Assembly: GCA_030650415.1 (NCBI GenBank)
Contig: JAUSEG010000011.1
Span: 1,687 to 65,686, forward strand
From: a bacterium
GTDB lineage: Bacteria; Patescibacteriota; Patescibacteriia; Patescibacteriales; GWC2-42-12
DNA length: 64,000 nucleotides
Reading direction: 5' to 3'
A program made the translations under genes and the position numbers. The notes below the pieces were generated by a model. That model was given only the letters and a program-made list of their open reading frames with translations, was not told the origin of the DNA and did no database searches. Below are positions 8,843-18,640 of the stretch, piece after piece. Numbering within the stretch: the stretch's first letter is position 1; the number at the start of each line of letters is the position of its first letter.

Positions 8843-10651
8843 TTATTCGCTCATTAGCTTCTCCAGATGATTCTTGGCCTTAATCCTTCTCTTAATCTGA
8901 CCGCGGCGGGACTTTATTTGCTTTCTCAACTTAAATAATTGCCAAACCTGCTTTAAAATATGGCGCTCAAACACCAAGACGAATAAATTACTCTTTATTT
9001 CATACCAGATGGTTTTTAATATCACCGGCTTGGAATAGCTTGAATCAAGCATTTTTTGCAAAATGATATGATGATTCAGCCATGACCATTCTTTATATTT
9101 TTCCTTCTTGCCCAGACGGCCCTTGATAATGCCAATTATACCCCGGCCTCGCGAGCTTATCGCTCGATCATGATAAATTACGGCGTTCGGATTATAAAGG
9201 CACTTATAGCCGGCCCATTCAAGGCGGTAGGCCAAGTCCACATCTTCTTTATACATAAACATCAGTTCGTCAAAATATTCTTTTCTGCCATCTTCGTTTA
9301 TAAAAGCCACGTCGTCTAAGGCCGACAGCCGGTAGATAGCGGCCGCGCCCGAGGCGCCAAAGATTTCTTCTTCCCGATCAAATTGTCCATGATCGATATC
9401 GCCCTGTCCGCGATCCATAAAACGATGCTCCTTCGTAATATTTATGCCGACCGTATCTATAAAATTAGTTTTACCCTTGCCCTCGGAGTCGCGCTCGGAA
9501 AAATCCCAACGCTTGATTTTACAAGTCGCCGAAGCGATCTGGGGCGTTTTCATCACCGAATTAACCAACTCTGAAACTACGTTGGGTTCATAAATCATGT
9601 CAATATTGCTGGCCAAAAAATAGCTGGCGGCATTTTTTCTGGCTTGGGTAATAAGCAGATTAAAAGCGCGGGCAAAACCCAAATTCTCCCCGCTTCTTAA
9701 AATTTTCGCCTCCGGATAATTAGCTTTAATAAATTTAACATTGTCATTGTCTGCCAGCTCGCTATTATCCATGAAAATCAATTCAATATTGCCGTAATCC
9801 TGTTTTTTTATGGAATCAATAAAATACGGCAAGTATTTCGAAGTGCGGTAAGAACCGTCCCTGCTGTCATATAAAATTCCGCCGATCACCACCTTAGGCG
9901 CGATTTTATTTTCCAGTTTTAACGGCTCAAGAGGCTTATTAAAATTTTTAATGGCAAAAGCCGCGTCAACCAAGCTCTCGTGCGTTCCGGCATCAAACCA
10001 AAAACCCTTAACGAAGCCGGCCTGCATTTTTTTATCCCTGATATACAGGTTATTCAAATCGGTAATTTCCAATTCGCCGCGCGCCGACGGCTTCATGGTT
10101 TTAATATAGCTGAAAACCTTGCTGTCATAAATATAAACGCCGATCGAAGCCCAGTTGGATTTCGGCTTCTCCGGCTTTTCTTCAATGCCTAAAACTTTAT
10201 CACCGTCCAATTCGGCTACGCCGAATCTTTGCGGATCACCGACCTGTTTTAAAAATATTTTCGCTCCGGATTCAAACTCCTGAATGTCTTTTATAAGATT
10301 ATCTTCTAAAAGATTGTCGCCGAAAATCACCACGAAATTATCGTCAGCGACAAATTCTTCGGCCAAACCGACGGCGTAAGCCAGCCCGCCCGCGTGATCC
10401 TGAATTTTAAAAGTAAAATTGGCATTAAAATCCCGGCCCGAGCCTAAGAGCTTGGCGAAATCGCCGGCATGATCCTTACCCGGTAAAATTAAAATGTCTT
10501 TTATGCCGGCTTTTAAAAGAGTTTGAATTGGATAATAAATCATCGGCTGATTATAAACCGGCAATAAATGCTTGTTGGTAACTTTAGTATTGGGATAAAG
10601 GCGCGTTCCGCTGCCTCCGGCTAAAATAACACCCTTCATTTTTTTTGGCAT
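8843..10651 (-). CDS. Glucose-1-phosphate thymidylyltransferase (RmlA-type) fused to a C-terminal GT2 domain
   Basis: GVILAGGSGTRLYP, EEKP, SARGELEITD, WFDAGT; then NLGFARAFN, NIDM, FFMY-like FMYKEDVDL. Confidence 0.88.
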   Translation of the reverse strand: MPKKMKGVILAGGSGTRLYPNTKVTNKHLLPVYNQPMIYYPIQTLLKAGIKDILILPGKDHAGDFAKLLGSGRDFNANFTFKIQDHAGGLAYAVGLAEEFVADDNFVVIFGDNLLEDNLIKDIQEFESGAKIFLKQVGDPQRFGVAELDGDKVLGIEEKPEKPKSNWASIGVYIYDSKVFSYIKTMKPSARGELEITDLNNLYIRDKKMQAGFVKGFWFDAGTHESLVDAAFAIKNFNKPLEPLKLENKIAPKVVIGGILYDSRDGSYRTSKYLPYFIDSIKKQDYGNIELIFMDNSELADNDNVKFIKANYPEAKILRSGENLGFARAFNLLITQARKNAASYFLASNIDMIYEPNVVSELVNSVMKTPQIASATCKIKRWDFSERDSEGKGKTNFIDTVGINITKEHRFMDRGQGDIDHGQFDREEEIFGASGAAAIYRLSALDDVAFINEDGRKEYFDELMFMYKEDVDLAYRLEWAGYKCLYNPNAVIYHDRAISSRGRGIIGIIKGRLGKKEKYKEWSWLNHHIILQKMLDSSYSKPVILKTIWYEIKSNLFVLVFERHILKQVWQLFKLRKQIKSRRGQIKRRIKAKNHLEKLMSE

Positions 10652-10680
10652 AAGTATATATCAAATAAATAATTATAAAA

Positions 10681-11550
10681 TTACTTTGGCTCTTTACTAT
10701 ATAAATATTCTTTTAAGGCTTCCTGATAATTCCTTAACGGCGGCAGCTTGGTATTAAGCAGCACCGCGTACTTCGGCCTCTTGGCCGGGCGAACCAGCTT
10801 ATCGCCGGCTATTGGCTTGACTTCGGTTTCAATTTTAGCCAGTTTAAATAATTCCACCGCGGCTTCATACCAGGTGCAAGCTCCGCTATTGGTTAGATGA
10901 TAGATGCCATAACCATAACCGCCGTCTACTAATTCGCGCGTAGCTTTAGCCAAGTCCGGCGTATAAGTAAAACAGCTGGCTTCATCATCAACTACTTCCA
11001 CGCTGGCTTTATTCTTGCCCTGCTCAAGCATAATGTCAAAAAAATTTGCTTTAGCCATTTCGCTCTGTCCTCGAGGACCGAATAATTTTGAAGTTCTGAC
11101 TAAATACCATTTTAAACCCTGGCCGCTTAATTCTAAAATCCTTTTTTCGCCGTGAAACTTTGACTTGCCATAGCGATTGATCGGCTTGGGCTCATCGGTT
11201 TCAACGTAGCCGCTGTCTTTTTCACCGTTAAAAACGTAGTTGGTGGAATAATGAATTAAAGTAGCGCCGATTTTTAAACAGATTTCGGCTAAAAATTTCG
11301 GCCCGTCAATATTTAACTTTTTCGCCAATTCATATTCCTCGTCGTTATCCTCACATTTGTCCACGGCGTTATAGGCCGCGGCGTTAATCACCAGTTCGGG
11401 TTTTACTTCTTCGACTTTTCTTAAAATTAACTCTCGGTCGGTTATATCAATTTCTCCCCTGTCCCAGCCTAAAACTTCGTTTCCTTCGGCGAAAACTTTC
11501 ATTAATTGCCTGCCCAGACTGCCCTTAGCGCCTAAAATTAAAATTTTCAT
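10681..11550 (-). CDS. rfbD: dTDP-4-dehydrorhamnose reductase
   Basis: MKILILGAKGSLG, NAAAYNAVD, YGKSK, RPAKRP; the ORF-track extension to 11622 is repeat DNA. Confidence 0.9.
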   Translation of the reverse strand: MKILILGAKGSLGRQLMKVFAEGNEVLGWDRGEIDITDRELILRKVEEVKPELVINAAAYNAVDKCEDNDEEYELAKKLNIDGPKFLAEICLKIGATLIHYSTNYVFNGEKDSGYVETDEPKPINRYGKSKFHGEKRILELSGQGLKWYLVRTSKLFGPRGQSEMAKANFFDIMLEQGKNKASVEVVDDEASCFTYTPDLAKATRELVDGGYGYGIYHLTNSGACTWYEAAVELFKLAKIETEVKPIAGDKLVRPAKRPKYAVLLNTKLPPLRNYQEALKEYLYSKEPK

Positions 11551-11561
11551 ATTACCATGAT

Positions 11562-11685
11562 TGTCATTGCGAACAACTACCACTCCACTGTCATTCCCGC
11601 GCAGGCGGGAATCCATTTCCACTAAAATTTCTGGATTCCCGCCTGCGCGGGAATGACAAACAAAATTATGCTCCTCGCAATGACA
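11562..11685. repeat. Nested element: outer type A with inner type B (11589-11658)
   Basis: TGTCATTGCG [TGTCATTCCCGCGCAGGCGGGAATCCA...TGGATTCCCGCCTGCGCGGGAATGACA] CTCGCAATGACA. Confidence 0.92.
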
Positions 11686-12417
11686 TTAATAAATAATTTT
11701 CTCTAAATAGTTTTTTACTTCCAGCTGGCGTTTTAAAGGATTTTCCAATTCAATACTGATTATCTCAGCCAGATAATCTTTATATTTTTTTACATAATCC
11801 ACTTCGCTTAAATCGTCGAGCCAATGAGTGCTATAATCAGTATAGCTCTTATTTAAAAAACGATCTTGATAAGTAACCGGCTTTAATTTTACTGCGGAAA
11901 TATGATTAACGCCGATCTTATATTTTTTCGCCAAATCTTTAATTGTTATGAATTCTTCCGACTGCTCGCTTTTTGAAAGGGCGGCAGCTTGCCAATGGCT
12001 TAAATCTATACAGAGTCCGCCATATTTTTTTAAATCATTCTTTGTGGGTGAGCCTTCACTATTATTTTCAATATAAATATTTCTATTGTATTTTCCATAA
12101 TCAATTAAGAAGGGATACGGGGTATTTTCCGGATGAATATTAAAAACTTCGGTCTTAAAACGGCTAGCTAGATAATCCAACTCGGGAATCTCCATATCAT
12201 TTCTTAGATGCACGTGCGGAACGTTTTTCAAGCCGGTATTTTCCAAAAGCTTATATAATTCTTGTCTTTCCTCAAAATTCAAGCAAGTTAAAAATAAGGC
12301 AATTTCTTTTATGCCTAATTTATCAATCTCTTTAACTTTATTCCGCCATTCGCCTTTAGCAATAGTAGTTAAACCAAGCAAAATCTTTTTTACCCCGTTA
12401 GATGCTTTGTTATACAT
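11686..12417 (-). CDS. Hypothetical protein, possibly xylose-isomerase/AP-endonuclease-like TIM barrel
   Basis: HVH, NIHP, IEN, CIDLSH, HIS and IELEN metal-ligand pattern. Confidence 0.5.
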   Translation of the reverse strand: MYNKASNGVKKILLGLTTIAKGEWRNKVKEIDKLGIKEIALFLTCLNFEERQELYKLLENTGLKNVPHVHLRNDMEIPELDYLASRFKTEVFNIHPENTPYPFLIDYGKYNRNIYIENNSEGSPTKNDLKKYGGLCIDLSHWQAAALSKSEQSEEFITIKDLAKKYKIGVNHISAVKLKPVTYQDRFLNKSYTDYSTHWLDDLSEVDYVKKYKDYLAEIISIELENPLKRQLEVKNYLEKIIY

Positions 12418-12455
12418 ATTTTATAGCCCCGATAAATTAAGGAATCTAACGGGGT
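12392..12455. repeat. Type E element overlapping the 5' end of the 11686-12417 ORF
   Basis: ACCCCGTTAGAT...ATCTAACGGGGT; the left arm encodes the ASNGV part of the predicted N-terminus. Confidence 0.8.
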
Positions 12456-12483
12456 GAATAATTTTACCTCTTAAACTACCTTA

Positions 12484-12512
12484 AATCTACCTAAAAATCA
12501 GCGTTTTGTCAA
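12484..12512 (-). promoter_or_regulatory. sigma70-type promoter
   Basis: TTGACA-17 nt-TAGATT. Confidence 0.55.
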
Positions 12513-12534
12513 AGGTAAAAATCTTTTATAAAAT

Positions 12535-12561
12535 AAAATACTCCCCTATTTAGGAGAGTAT
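12535..12561 (-). terminator. Possible terminator after rfbB
   Basis: ATACTC(T/C)CCT...AGG(G/A)GAGTAT stem followed by T residues on the minus strand. Confidence 0.45.
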
Positions 12562-12576
12562 CTTATGAAAAAAATT

Positions 12577-13608
12577 TTATTTTTTATATTGTCCGGAGTA
12601 GTAGCTGCTATAAATATCGCCTTCTTTAATCTTTCTCCACCACAGTTCATTATTCTTATACCACTCAATGGTTTTTAATAAACCCTCTTTTAAACTATAC
12701 TTATGGTTCCAGCCCAATTCATTCCTTAATTTTGAACTGTCTACGCCATAGCGGAAATCATGCCCGGGGCGGTCGGTGACGAATTCAATTAAGCTCGGCG
12801 GCTGATTAAGCAGGCGCGCCAATCGGCTGGACATTTCAATATTGCTAATTTCGTTGCTACTCGTGCTTATATTATAGACTTCGCCGATTCTGCCTTCATG
12901 AAAAATCAAATCCAAAGCTTCGCAGTTATCTAAAACATAAATCCAGTCGCGGCGGTTTAACCCGTAGCCGTAGAGCGGCGCCTTCTTGCCTTCCATTAAA
13001 TTAGTTATAAATAAAGGAATAAACTTTTCCGGATGCTGATAGGGACCGAAATTATTGGTCGTTCTGGTTATAATAACCGGTAATTTATAGGTTTCATAAT
13101 ATGATCTGACTAATAAATCGGCGCTGGCTTTTGAGGCCGCGTACGGACTGGCTGGCGTAAGCGGAGCCGTTTCCGAATAGTAACCGGTTTCAATACTGCC
13201 GTAGACTTCGTCCGTGCTGATATGCAAAAATTTCTTAATTTTAAATTTTCTGGCCGCCTCGAGAAGAGTCTGCGTGCCGAGAATGTTGGTAGATAAAAAT
13301 TCCTGCGGGTTGGTAATCGATCGGTCAACATGCGATTCGGCGGCGAAATGCACAACTCCGTCAACCTTGGAAATTAAACTTTCCACTATCAGGGTATTGC
13401 GAATATCGCCATTTACAAACCAATATCTTCTCTGCTCGGGCAAAGCGCCATCCCCGTAATTTTTCTCAACTTCAGTTAAATTATCTAAATTGCCGGCATA
13501 GGTTAAACTATCCAGATTGATGATAACATCGCCAGGATATTTATTTAACCAATAGCTTATAAAATTTGACCCAATGAAACCGGCCCCGCCGGTAACTAAT
13601 ATTTTCAT
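12577..13608 (-). CDS. rfbB: dTDP-glucose 4,6-dehydratase
   Basis: GGAGFIGSNF, HFAAESHVDRSI, ISTDEVYG, YAASK, DRPGHDFRY. Confidence 0.95.
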   Translation of the reverse strand: MKILVTGGAGFIGSNFISYWLNKYPGDVIINLDSLTYAGNLDNLTEVEKNYGDGALPEQRRYWFVNGDIRNTLIVESLISKVDGVVHFAAESHVDRSITNPQEFLSTNILGTQTLLEAARKFKIKKFLHISTDEVYGSIETGYYSETAPLTPASPYAASKASADLLVRSYYETYKLPVIITRTTNNFGPYQHPEKFIPLFITNLMEGKKAPLYGYGLNRRDWIYVLDNCEALDLIFHEGRIGEVYNISTSSNEISNIEMSSRLARLLNQPPSLIEFVTDRPGHDFRYGVDSSKLRNELGWNHKYSLKEGLLKTIEWYKNNELWWRKIKEGDIYSSYYSGQYKK

Positions 13609-13613
13609 AAACC

Positions 13614-13672
13614 ACTAAGATAACTGAATAATATTTATTCAGTTATCTTAGTCTTTTTTTAGGTTTTGTCAA
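13614..13672 (-). promoter_or_regulatory. rfbB promoter overlapped by a perfect 18-bp inverted repeat
   Basis: ACTAAGATAACTGAATAA-tat-TTATTCAGTTATCTTAGT (13614-13652); TTGACA-16 nt-TAAGAT with the -10 inside one arm. Confidence 0.6.
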
Positions 13673-13713
13673 GTTCGGGAGCAGTCGGCTGGAATAATAT
13701 TATTGTCACAATC

Positions 13714-14484
13714 TTAGTCTTTTATTTTCGCCATGGTTTCTTGATATTTATGGCGAAAATCCTTTCTTACGCCGTTATAAGATTTTTTAAACAACGACAC
13801 GGAAATATGGTTTATCACATAACGAAAGCCAGCGCTTATTATGCCTTCCTTTTTCAGCCTCCGCCCCGAGGACTGGACTAAAAATTTGTAATTAAACTTT
13901 ACTATTCCAACCTTGCTTAAGCGCATCGCCGTATCCGTGTCATCACCGTAGAAGGTCAAGGCAACATTATAACCGCCAATTTCTTCCAGAGCTGATTTTT
14001 TTATTACCACATTCCCGCCCATAATCGCTCCGCCCTTTTTAAAAAACCTGTTATTGATGACATAAACCGGATACGCCAGATAATAATACAGCTTGGCCAT
14101 TAGGGATTGTATCGAAGATATGTCGTAAAATATATACGGTCCGCTTAAGGCAACAAGCTTCGGATTATCCTTAAATTCTTTAAATACCATATTTATCCAA
14201 TCTTTAGTAATCCTATTATCAGCGTCAATGTTGGCTATTAAATCCCCGGTGGCCTTGGTTAAACCTAACTGGCGGGAACGGTTAGTGCCTTTTTTCGGTT
14301 CATCAAAAACTTTTACTTGACTATAGCTTAAAGCCACTTCCCGCGTTCTATCGGCGCTGGCATTATTGATCACAATAACTTCAACTTCATGACCGCTGTT
14401 TTTCGCGGCACGAGAAATTGATTCCAAACACTTACCTATGTATTTCTCTTCGTTGTAGGCCGGTATGATGATGCTCAATTTCAT
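13714..14484 (-). CDS. GT2 glycosyltransferase
   Basis: SIIIPAYNEE, IDAD, GGY...YGDD, SGRR. Confidence 0.85.
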   Translation of the reverse strand: MKLSIIIPAYNEEKYIGKCLESISRAAKNSGHEVEVIVINNASADRTREVALSYSQVKVFDEPKKGTNRSRQLGLTKATGDLIANIDADNRITKDWINMVFKEFKDNPKLVALSGPYIFYDISSIQSLMAKLYYYLAYPVYVINNRFFKKGGAIMGGNVVIKKSALEEIGGYNVALTFYGDDTDTAMRLSKVGIVKFNYKFLVQSSGRRLKKEGIISAGFRYVINHISVSLFKKSYNGVRKDFRHKYQETMAKIKD

Positions 14485-14503
14485 AAGATTATTCGATAAA
14501 AAA

Positions 14504-15781
14504 TTATTTTTTAATATCTTTAACTTTAGAATTTTTCATCGGCGCTCGGAGATAATCTATATTGGCCTTGAACTGGGAGCGTTCCGGCTTCTTTTCCCCG
14601 TCTATAAATGAACGCGTAACCCCCTGCGATTGCAAGACTACTTTTCTTCGACCATCGGCTTTACGCATGCCAAACCTGTTTTCAGGGAACGGCGTGAATT
14701 TATCTAAAATTCTTCCCTTTAAATCCTTAGGCGGTTCATCAATGGCTTCATACAAGCCCAGCGCCGAAGGTAATTTTATGCCACGTTGCCTAAAATCAAC
14801 CAACAAGTGCTTAAAAGCTCTAAAAAATGCGTCATAAAAATAACGCTGGCTCTTTTCTCCGCCCCAGGGAAATTTAGACGGCATGCCAACCTCGCCAACC
14901 TCATAATCAACCCCCCAATCAGCCACTTCCTCCAGCATCTCACGCAAATAATCCACGTCTTTAACTAATTGCTTAAAAACACCTCTGGTCGGAGGCCATT
15001 TGAGAAACCTGGCATCATTTTCAGGATGGTCTACAGTTTCTTTTATCTCTGCCGCGATCGTTTCTAAAGGATAATGCCAAGTCCCGGGATAATAATCAAT
15101 GGCGATCCTATCAAAACTATCTTTAATTTTTTTCAACTCGGGTAAAAAATCTTTGGCGTCAGCGCCGGCAAACTTGGCCAGACTATTGGCATTAACCGTG
15201 GCCATTAATTTTAAATCAGGATTGTATTCTTTAAAAACCTCTCTAGTAATCCGACAAAGTTCCGGGATATCTTCTACGGCAACCGGTGTATATATTTTGT
15301 TGTTCAACTCATTTAAAATTTGCACGGTGGTTATCGGCTGGCCACCGGCTTGTTCTAAGCCATGCTTTATTTCTTCGGCATATTTCCTAAATTCCACAAA
15401 AAATTCTTCCTTCTTCCCCCCTTTATAAAGTTTTATCGCCCACTCGGGCGGATTGGATAAAATAATAATCGGCGGTTTTAAACCGGCTTCTGCTTGAGCG
15501 CGTTTAGCATCCTTATATCTATCCATCAGTTTAGAGTCAAATTCACCGGGTTTATTTTCCAGCTTGCCCCAATGAAAATCATAACGCACTCTAGCCACGC
15601 CGTCTTTAGCTACATCCTGATAAAACTCTCTCAAACTTTCCGGATCACCCGTATCGAGATTATCCGGACTATGATCAGTAACATAAACTTCCAAAGCGAA
15701 TTCTGGCTCTTTCTCTGGTTGAGTTTCGCTCTGTTCTCTTTCTGCCGGTATCAGCGGCATGCTTGGCATCGTTTCCTTCAT
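14504..15781 (-). CDS. Putative clan GH-A glycoside hydrolase
   Basis: RYDFHWGKLENKPGEFD, QILNELN (acid/base), IDYYPG, VGEVGMPS (nucleophile). Confidence 0.65.
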   Translation of the reverse strand: MKETMPSMPLIPAEREQSETQPEKEPEFALEVYVTDHSPDNLDTGDPESLREFYQDVAKDGVARVRYDFHWGKLENKPGEFDSKLMDRYKDAKRAQAEAGLKPPIIILSNPPEWAIKLYKGGKKEEFFVEFRKYAEEIKHGLEQAGGQPITTVQILNELNNKIYTPVAVEDIPELCRITREVFKEYNPDLKLMATVNANSLAKFAGADAKDFLPELKKIKDSFDRIAIDYYPGTWHYPLETIAAEIKETVDHPENDARFLKWPPTRGVFKQLVKDVDYLREMLEEVADWGVDYEVGEVGMPSKFPWGGEKSQRYFYDAFFRAFKHLLVDFRQRGIKLPSALGLYEAIDEPPKDLKGRILDKFTPFPENRFGMRKADGRRKVVLQSQGVTRSFIDGEKKPERSQFKANIDYLRAPMKNSKVKDIKK

Positions 15782-16953
15782 ATTTTTTTATAATCTTTTA
15801 TTACTCCTTTATACAACTTTTCCCATTCTTTGGCAATATTGGGAGCGGAAAATTGCTGGACAAAATTATGAGCGCCTTGGCTTAATTTTTGGCGCAGTTC
15901 TTGATTTTCTAAAAGCAAAATAAATTTCTCGGCCATGGCCTCATAATCGCCAACTTTCACCACATAGCCATTATGTTCATTAACATATTCCGGCAAGGCC
16001 CTGGCGTCAACCACCACCGCTGGTAAGCCGCAAGCCATAGCCTGCATTAAAGTTAAACTTTGAGTATCAGAAGTTGAAGCGATAGAAAAAACTTCCGCGG
16101 CTTGATATAATCTAGCTAAGTCCGGCTGGCTTAAGGTACCGAGAAACTTCACTGCTCTGTCTAAATTTAATTCTTTAACCAATCGTCTAAGCTCGGGCTC
16201 AAACTTACCCGTACCGGCAATAGCCAAATTAATGTCTTTAACTTTCTTCTTAGCCAGAGCCACCGCCCGAATAACCACTTCAATATTCTTCTCTGATGCC
16301 AGCCGGCCGGCATAAACAATGGTATTACTTGATAAACCGAATTTTTCTTTAACCGCTAACCCGTCTGCGGACGGACAAAAAATATTAGTATCGACTGGAT
16401 TGGAAATCACTTTATAAGGTCGATTAAAACCAAACTCTTTCATCTCCTTAAATACCGATTGCGACGGCGCGGTCGTGAAAGCACATTGATTATAATACCA
16501 GGTGGCGTAATTCACGCTAATTTTTTTTAAATATTTAGATTTAATTTTAATAAATTCGGAAATCGCGGTATGGTTAGTGCCTAGGAGAGGTATTTTTTTT
16601 GATCCGGCTTTTATCATAGCTTCGAGACCAGCGCCAAAGAAAAGTTGTGAATGAATAATATCCGGTTTAAATCCTTTAAAAAGACTCGGAGAAAAGAGCG
16701 GCAAAACCAGTCTGGCCTGCAGGCCGGCAAACGGCGCGGCCAGAGAGAACAGACGGTTAATATTAATTCTACTGTCTAACGCCAGCTCTTTAACCGGCAA
16801 ATTTATCGCCCGATAATTCTTAGCGCTATATTTAGGCACATAAAAATTTATTTCATGACCCAGCTTTGCCAATTCGTCGGCTAACAACCTGACGGAGTCG
16901 GATATGCCGCTTAACTCCGGGTAAAAATTATCGCTAAAAATAGCTATTCTCAT
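15778..16953 (-). CDS. GT4 glycosyltransferase (glycolipid-synthase-like)
   Basis: MRIAIFSDNFYPELSGIS, GRLASEKN, TQSLTLMQAMACGLP. Confidence 0.85.
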   Translation of the reverse strand: MRIAIFSDNFYPELSGISDSVRLLADELAKLGHEINFYVPKYSAKNYRAINLPVKELALDSRININRLFSLAAPFAGLQARLVLPLFSPSLFKGFKPDIIHSQLFFGAGLEAMIKAGSKKIPLLGTNHTAISEFIKIKSKYLKKISVNYATWYYNQCAFTTAPSQSVFKEMKEFGFNRPYKVISNPVDTNIFCPSADGLAVKEKFGLSSNTIVYAGRLASEKNIEVVIRAVALAKKKVKDINLAIAGTGKFEPELRRLVKELNLDRAVKFLGTLSQPDLARLYQAAEVFSIASTSDTQSLTLMQAMACGLPAVVVDARALPEYVNEHNGYVVKVGDYEAMAEKFILLLENQELRQKLSQGAHNFVQQFSAPNIAKEWEKLYKGVIKDYKKI

Positions 16954-16960
16954 ATTATAA

Positions 16961-17569
16961 TTAATAATCTATTTCTTCCCGCGAAATTCTTTTGGAAATC
17001 TTAACAAACGCATAGTTAATAATAGCAAATAAAATTACAACCGCGACAATCAAATACTGCCCATAATAGAAGTATTTGGCGAACGAATCGTAAGCCCGGC
17101 CGAAAAAGTAGCCTAGTAGCGTAAAAAAAATCGCCTTGGGCAGGCTCAAAGCCAGTAAAATATAAAAAAACTTTTTAAAGCGCATTTTGGCCGCGCCGGT
17201 GACAATAAATCCGAGCACGGGAATAATCGGAGAATATTTTATTATCAACAGCGCCTTCCAGCTATGCTGATGCAACATTTTCTCAAGCTTAAGTATTCTC
17301 TCTCTGGTTAAACCGAAATAATGGCCGAATCTTTCCACCACTCGATCCCGACTGATTCGGCCGATTAGATAGAGCGCCAGGTCGACAGCCATTTCTCCAA
17401 AAAAAGCCAAGCTGAAAATAATATAAATATTAAAATAGCCTAGAGCCGCGGCAAAAGCGGCCGCGGAAATAAAAACCGGGCCGCCGATAATTATAGCGAC
17501 AAAAATTAAAAAATAACCGTTAGCCAGAACCCAGGATAAAATTGTGGAAAAAGTTAATGCTGCCATCAA
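16961..17569 (-). CDS. DedA/VTT-family membrane protein
   Basis: Hydrophobic; GE..VD..LY.IGR and K..PI..G motifs typical of DedA. Confidence 0.8.
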   Translation of the reverse strand: MMAALTFSTILSWVLANGYFLIFVAIIIGGPVFISAAAFAAALGYFNIYIIFSLAFFGEMAVDLALYLIGRISRDRVVERFGHYFGLTRERILKLEKMLHQHSWKALLIIKYSPIIPVLGFIVTGAAKMRFKKFFYILLALSLPKAIFFTLLGYFFGRAYDSFAKYFYYGQYLIVAVVILFAIINYAFVKISKRISREEIDY

Positions 17570-17967
17570 ATAATTTTAATCTTTTTTAACACTGCTTCGG
17601 CCTGACCCGCCTTATATTCTTTCTGCGGCCATAACTTTAAACTATCATTTTCCGTTCTGGGAACAACATGAAAATGCAGGTGCGGAATAATTTGCCCGGC
17701 TACGGGGTCGTTGTTCATTTGCACATTATACCCTCTAACCGACAAATTTTTCTTTAAACTCAAACCGACTTTTTTTACGATATTAATAACCCGGCACAGC
17801 GTTTCCTCGTCCGTTTCCTCAATATTGGCATAATGCTTTTTAGAAACCACTAAAGTATGGCCCGGATTTACCGGATTAATATCTAAAAATGCCAGAGTCT
17901 CCTCATCTTCATAAACTTTATAACTCGAAATTTCACCGTTAATAATTTTACAAAAAATGCAAGGCAT
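17566..17967 (-). CDS. HIT-family nucleotide hydrolase
   Basis: CIFCKII, FLDINP...GHTLV, HLHFHVVPR; the extension to 18012 is repeat DNA. Confidence 0.92.
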   Translation of the reverse strand: MPCIFCKIINGEISSYKVYEDEETLAFLDINPVNPGHTLVVSKKHYANIEETDEETLCRVINIVKKVGLSLKKNLSVRGYNVQMNNDPVAGQIIPHLHFHVVPRTENDSLKLWPQKEYKAGQAEAVLKKIKII

Positions 17968-17976
17968 ATTGTATTC

Positions 17977-18075
17977 TGTCATGCTGGAGGGAGCGCCAGC
18001 GACCGATAGCATCTCATTTTAAAGCGCCACACCACAAGATTCTATCGCTCCGCTTCGCTACGCTCCAGAATGACA
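17977..18075. repeat. Type C palindromic element
   Basis: TGTCATGCTGGAGGGAGCGCCAGCGACCGATAGCATCTC...AGATTCTATCGCTCC...CGCTCCAGAATGACA. Confidence 0.92.
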
Positions 18076-18076
18076 A

Positions 18077-18529
18077 TTAACCAATTTTATACGGCGACTC
18101 GGTATTGCTCTCCCACCTTACTTCGTCCACCTCGTCTTTCTTTCCCTCGCCTCTATATAATTTATCCGGCAGATTTACGCACCAGCCGTCTACCTCGCCA
18201 AGGCATTTATAAGCATGCACTACGCCGGGCGGAATAATTACCAAAAGCGGATTGTTCTCTCCGGCAGCCATTTTCATATGTTCATTTTCGGCTCCAGCCT
18301 TTCCTCGCCTATCCCAAAGATGAAGCTCAAAATTACCCGGCCCAACGAAGACGAAGCAATCGCTTTGATATTTATGCTCATGCGGACCGCGTATGACGCC
18401 CGGCTTAGTTACGCTCGTATAACCCATGGCCGGCTTAAAATTAATTTCATCGCTGCGATAAATTTCCGCCAGCCAGCCCCTGGAATCACTGTTCTTGGCT
18501 ATTTTTTTTATAATTACTCCATTAATCAT
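18077..18529 (-). CDS. dTDP-4-dehydrorhamnose 3,5-epimerase family (cupin)
   Basis: DSRGW..E, PGVIRGPHEH, IPPGVVHAY; lies near rmlA/B/D homologues. Confidence 0.8.
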   Translation of the reverse strand: MINGVIIKKIAKNSDSRGWLAEIYRSDEINFKPAMGYTSVTKPGVIRGPHEHKYQSDCFVFVGPGNFELHLWDRRGKAGAENEHMKMAAGENNPLLVIIPPGVVHAYKCLGEVDGWCVNLPDKLYRGEGKKDEVDEVRWESNTESPYKIG

Positions 18530-18555
18530 ATTTGATTATATTATAACATTTTGAT

Positions 18556-18640
18556 AACGAATCATGAATTATGAATCATGGGGCTTGCTAATATTATTCT
18601 CTGCATTTTCCATAATTCATGATTCATTATTCATAATTCC
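18556..18640. repeat. 7-mer-repeat hairpin (ATGAATT...AATTCAT type) overlapping the 3' end of the GT2 gene
   Basis: AATCATGAATTATGAATCATGG...CCATAATTCATGATTCATTATTCATAATT; supplies the terminal IMNNES-stop; homologous to 22804. Confidence 0.8.
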
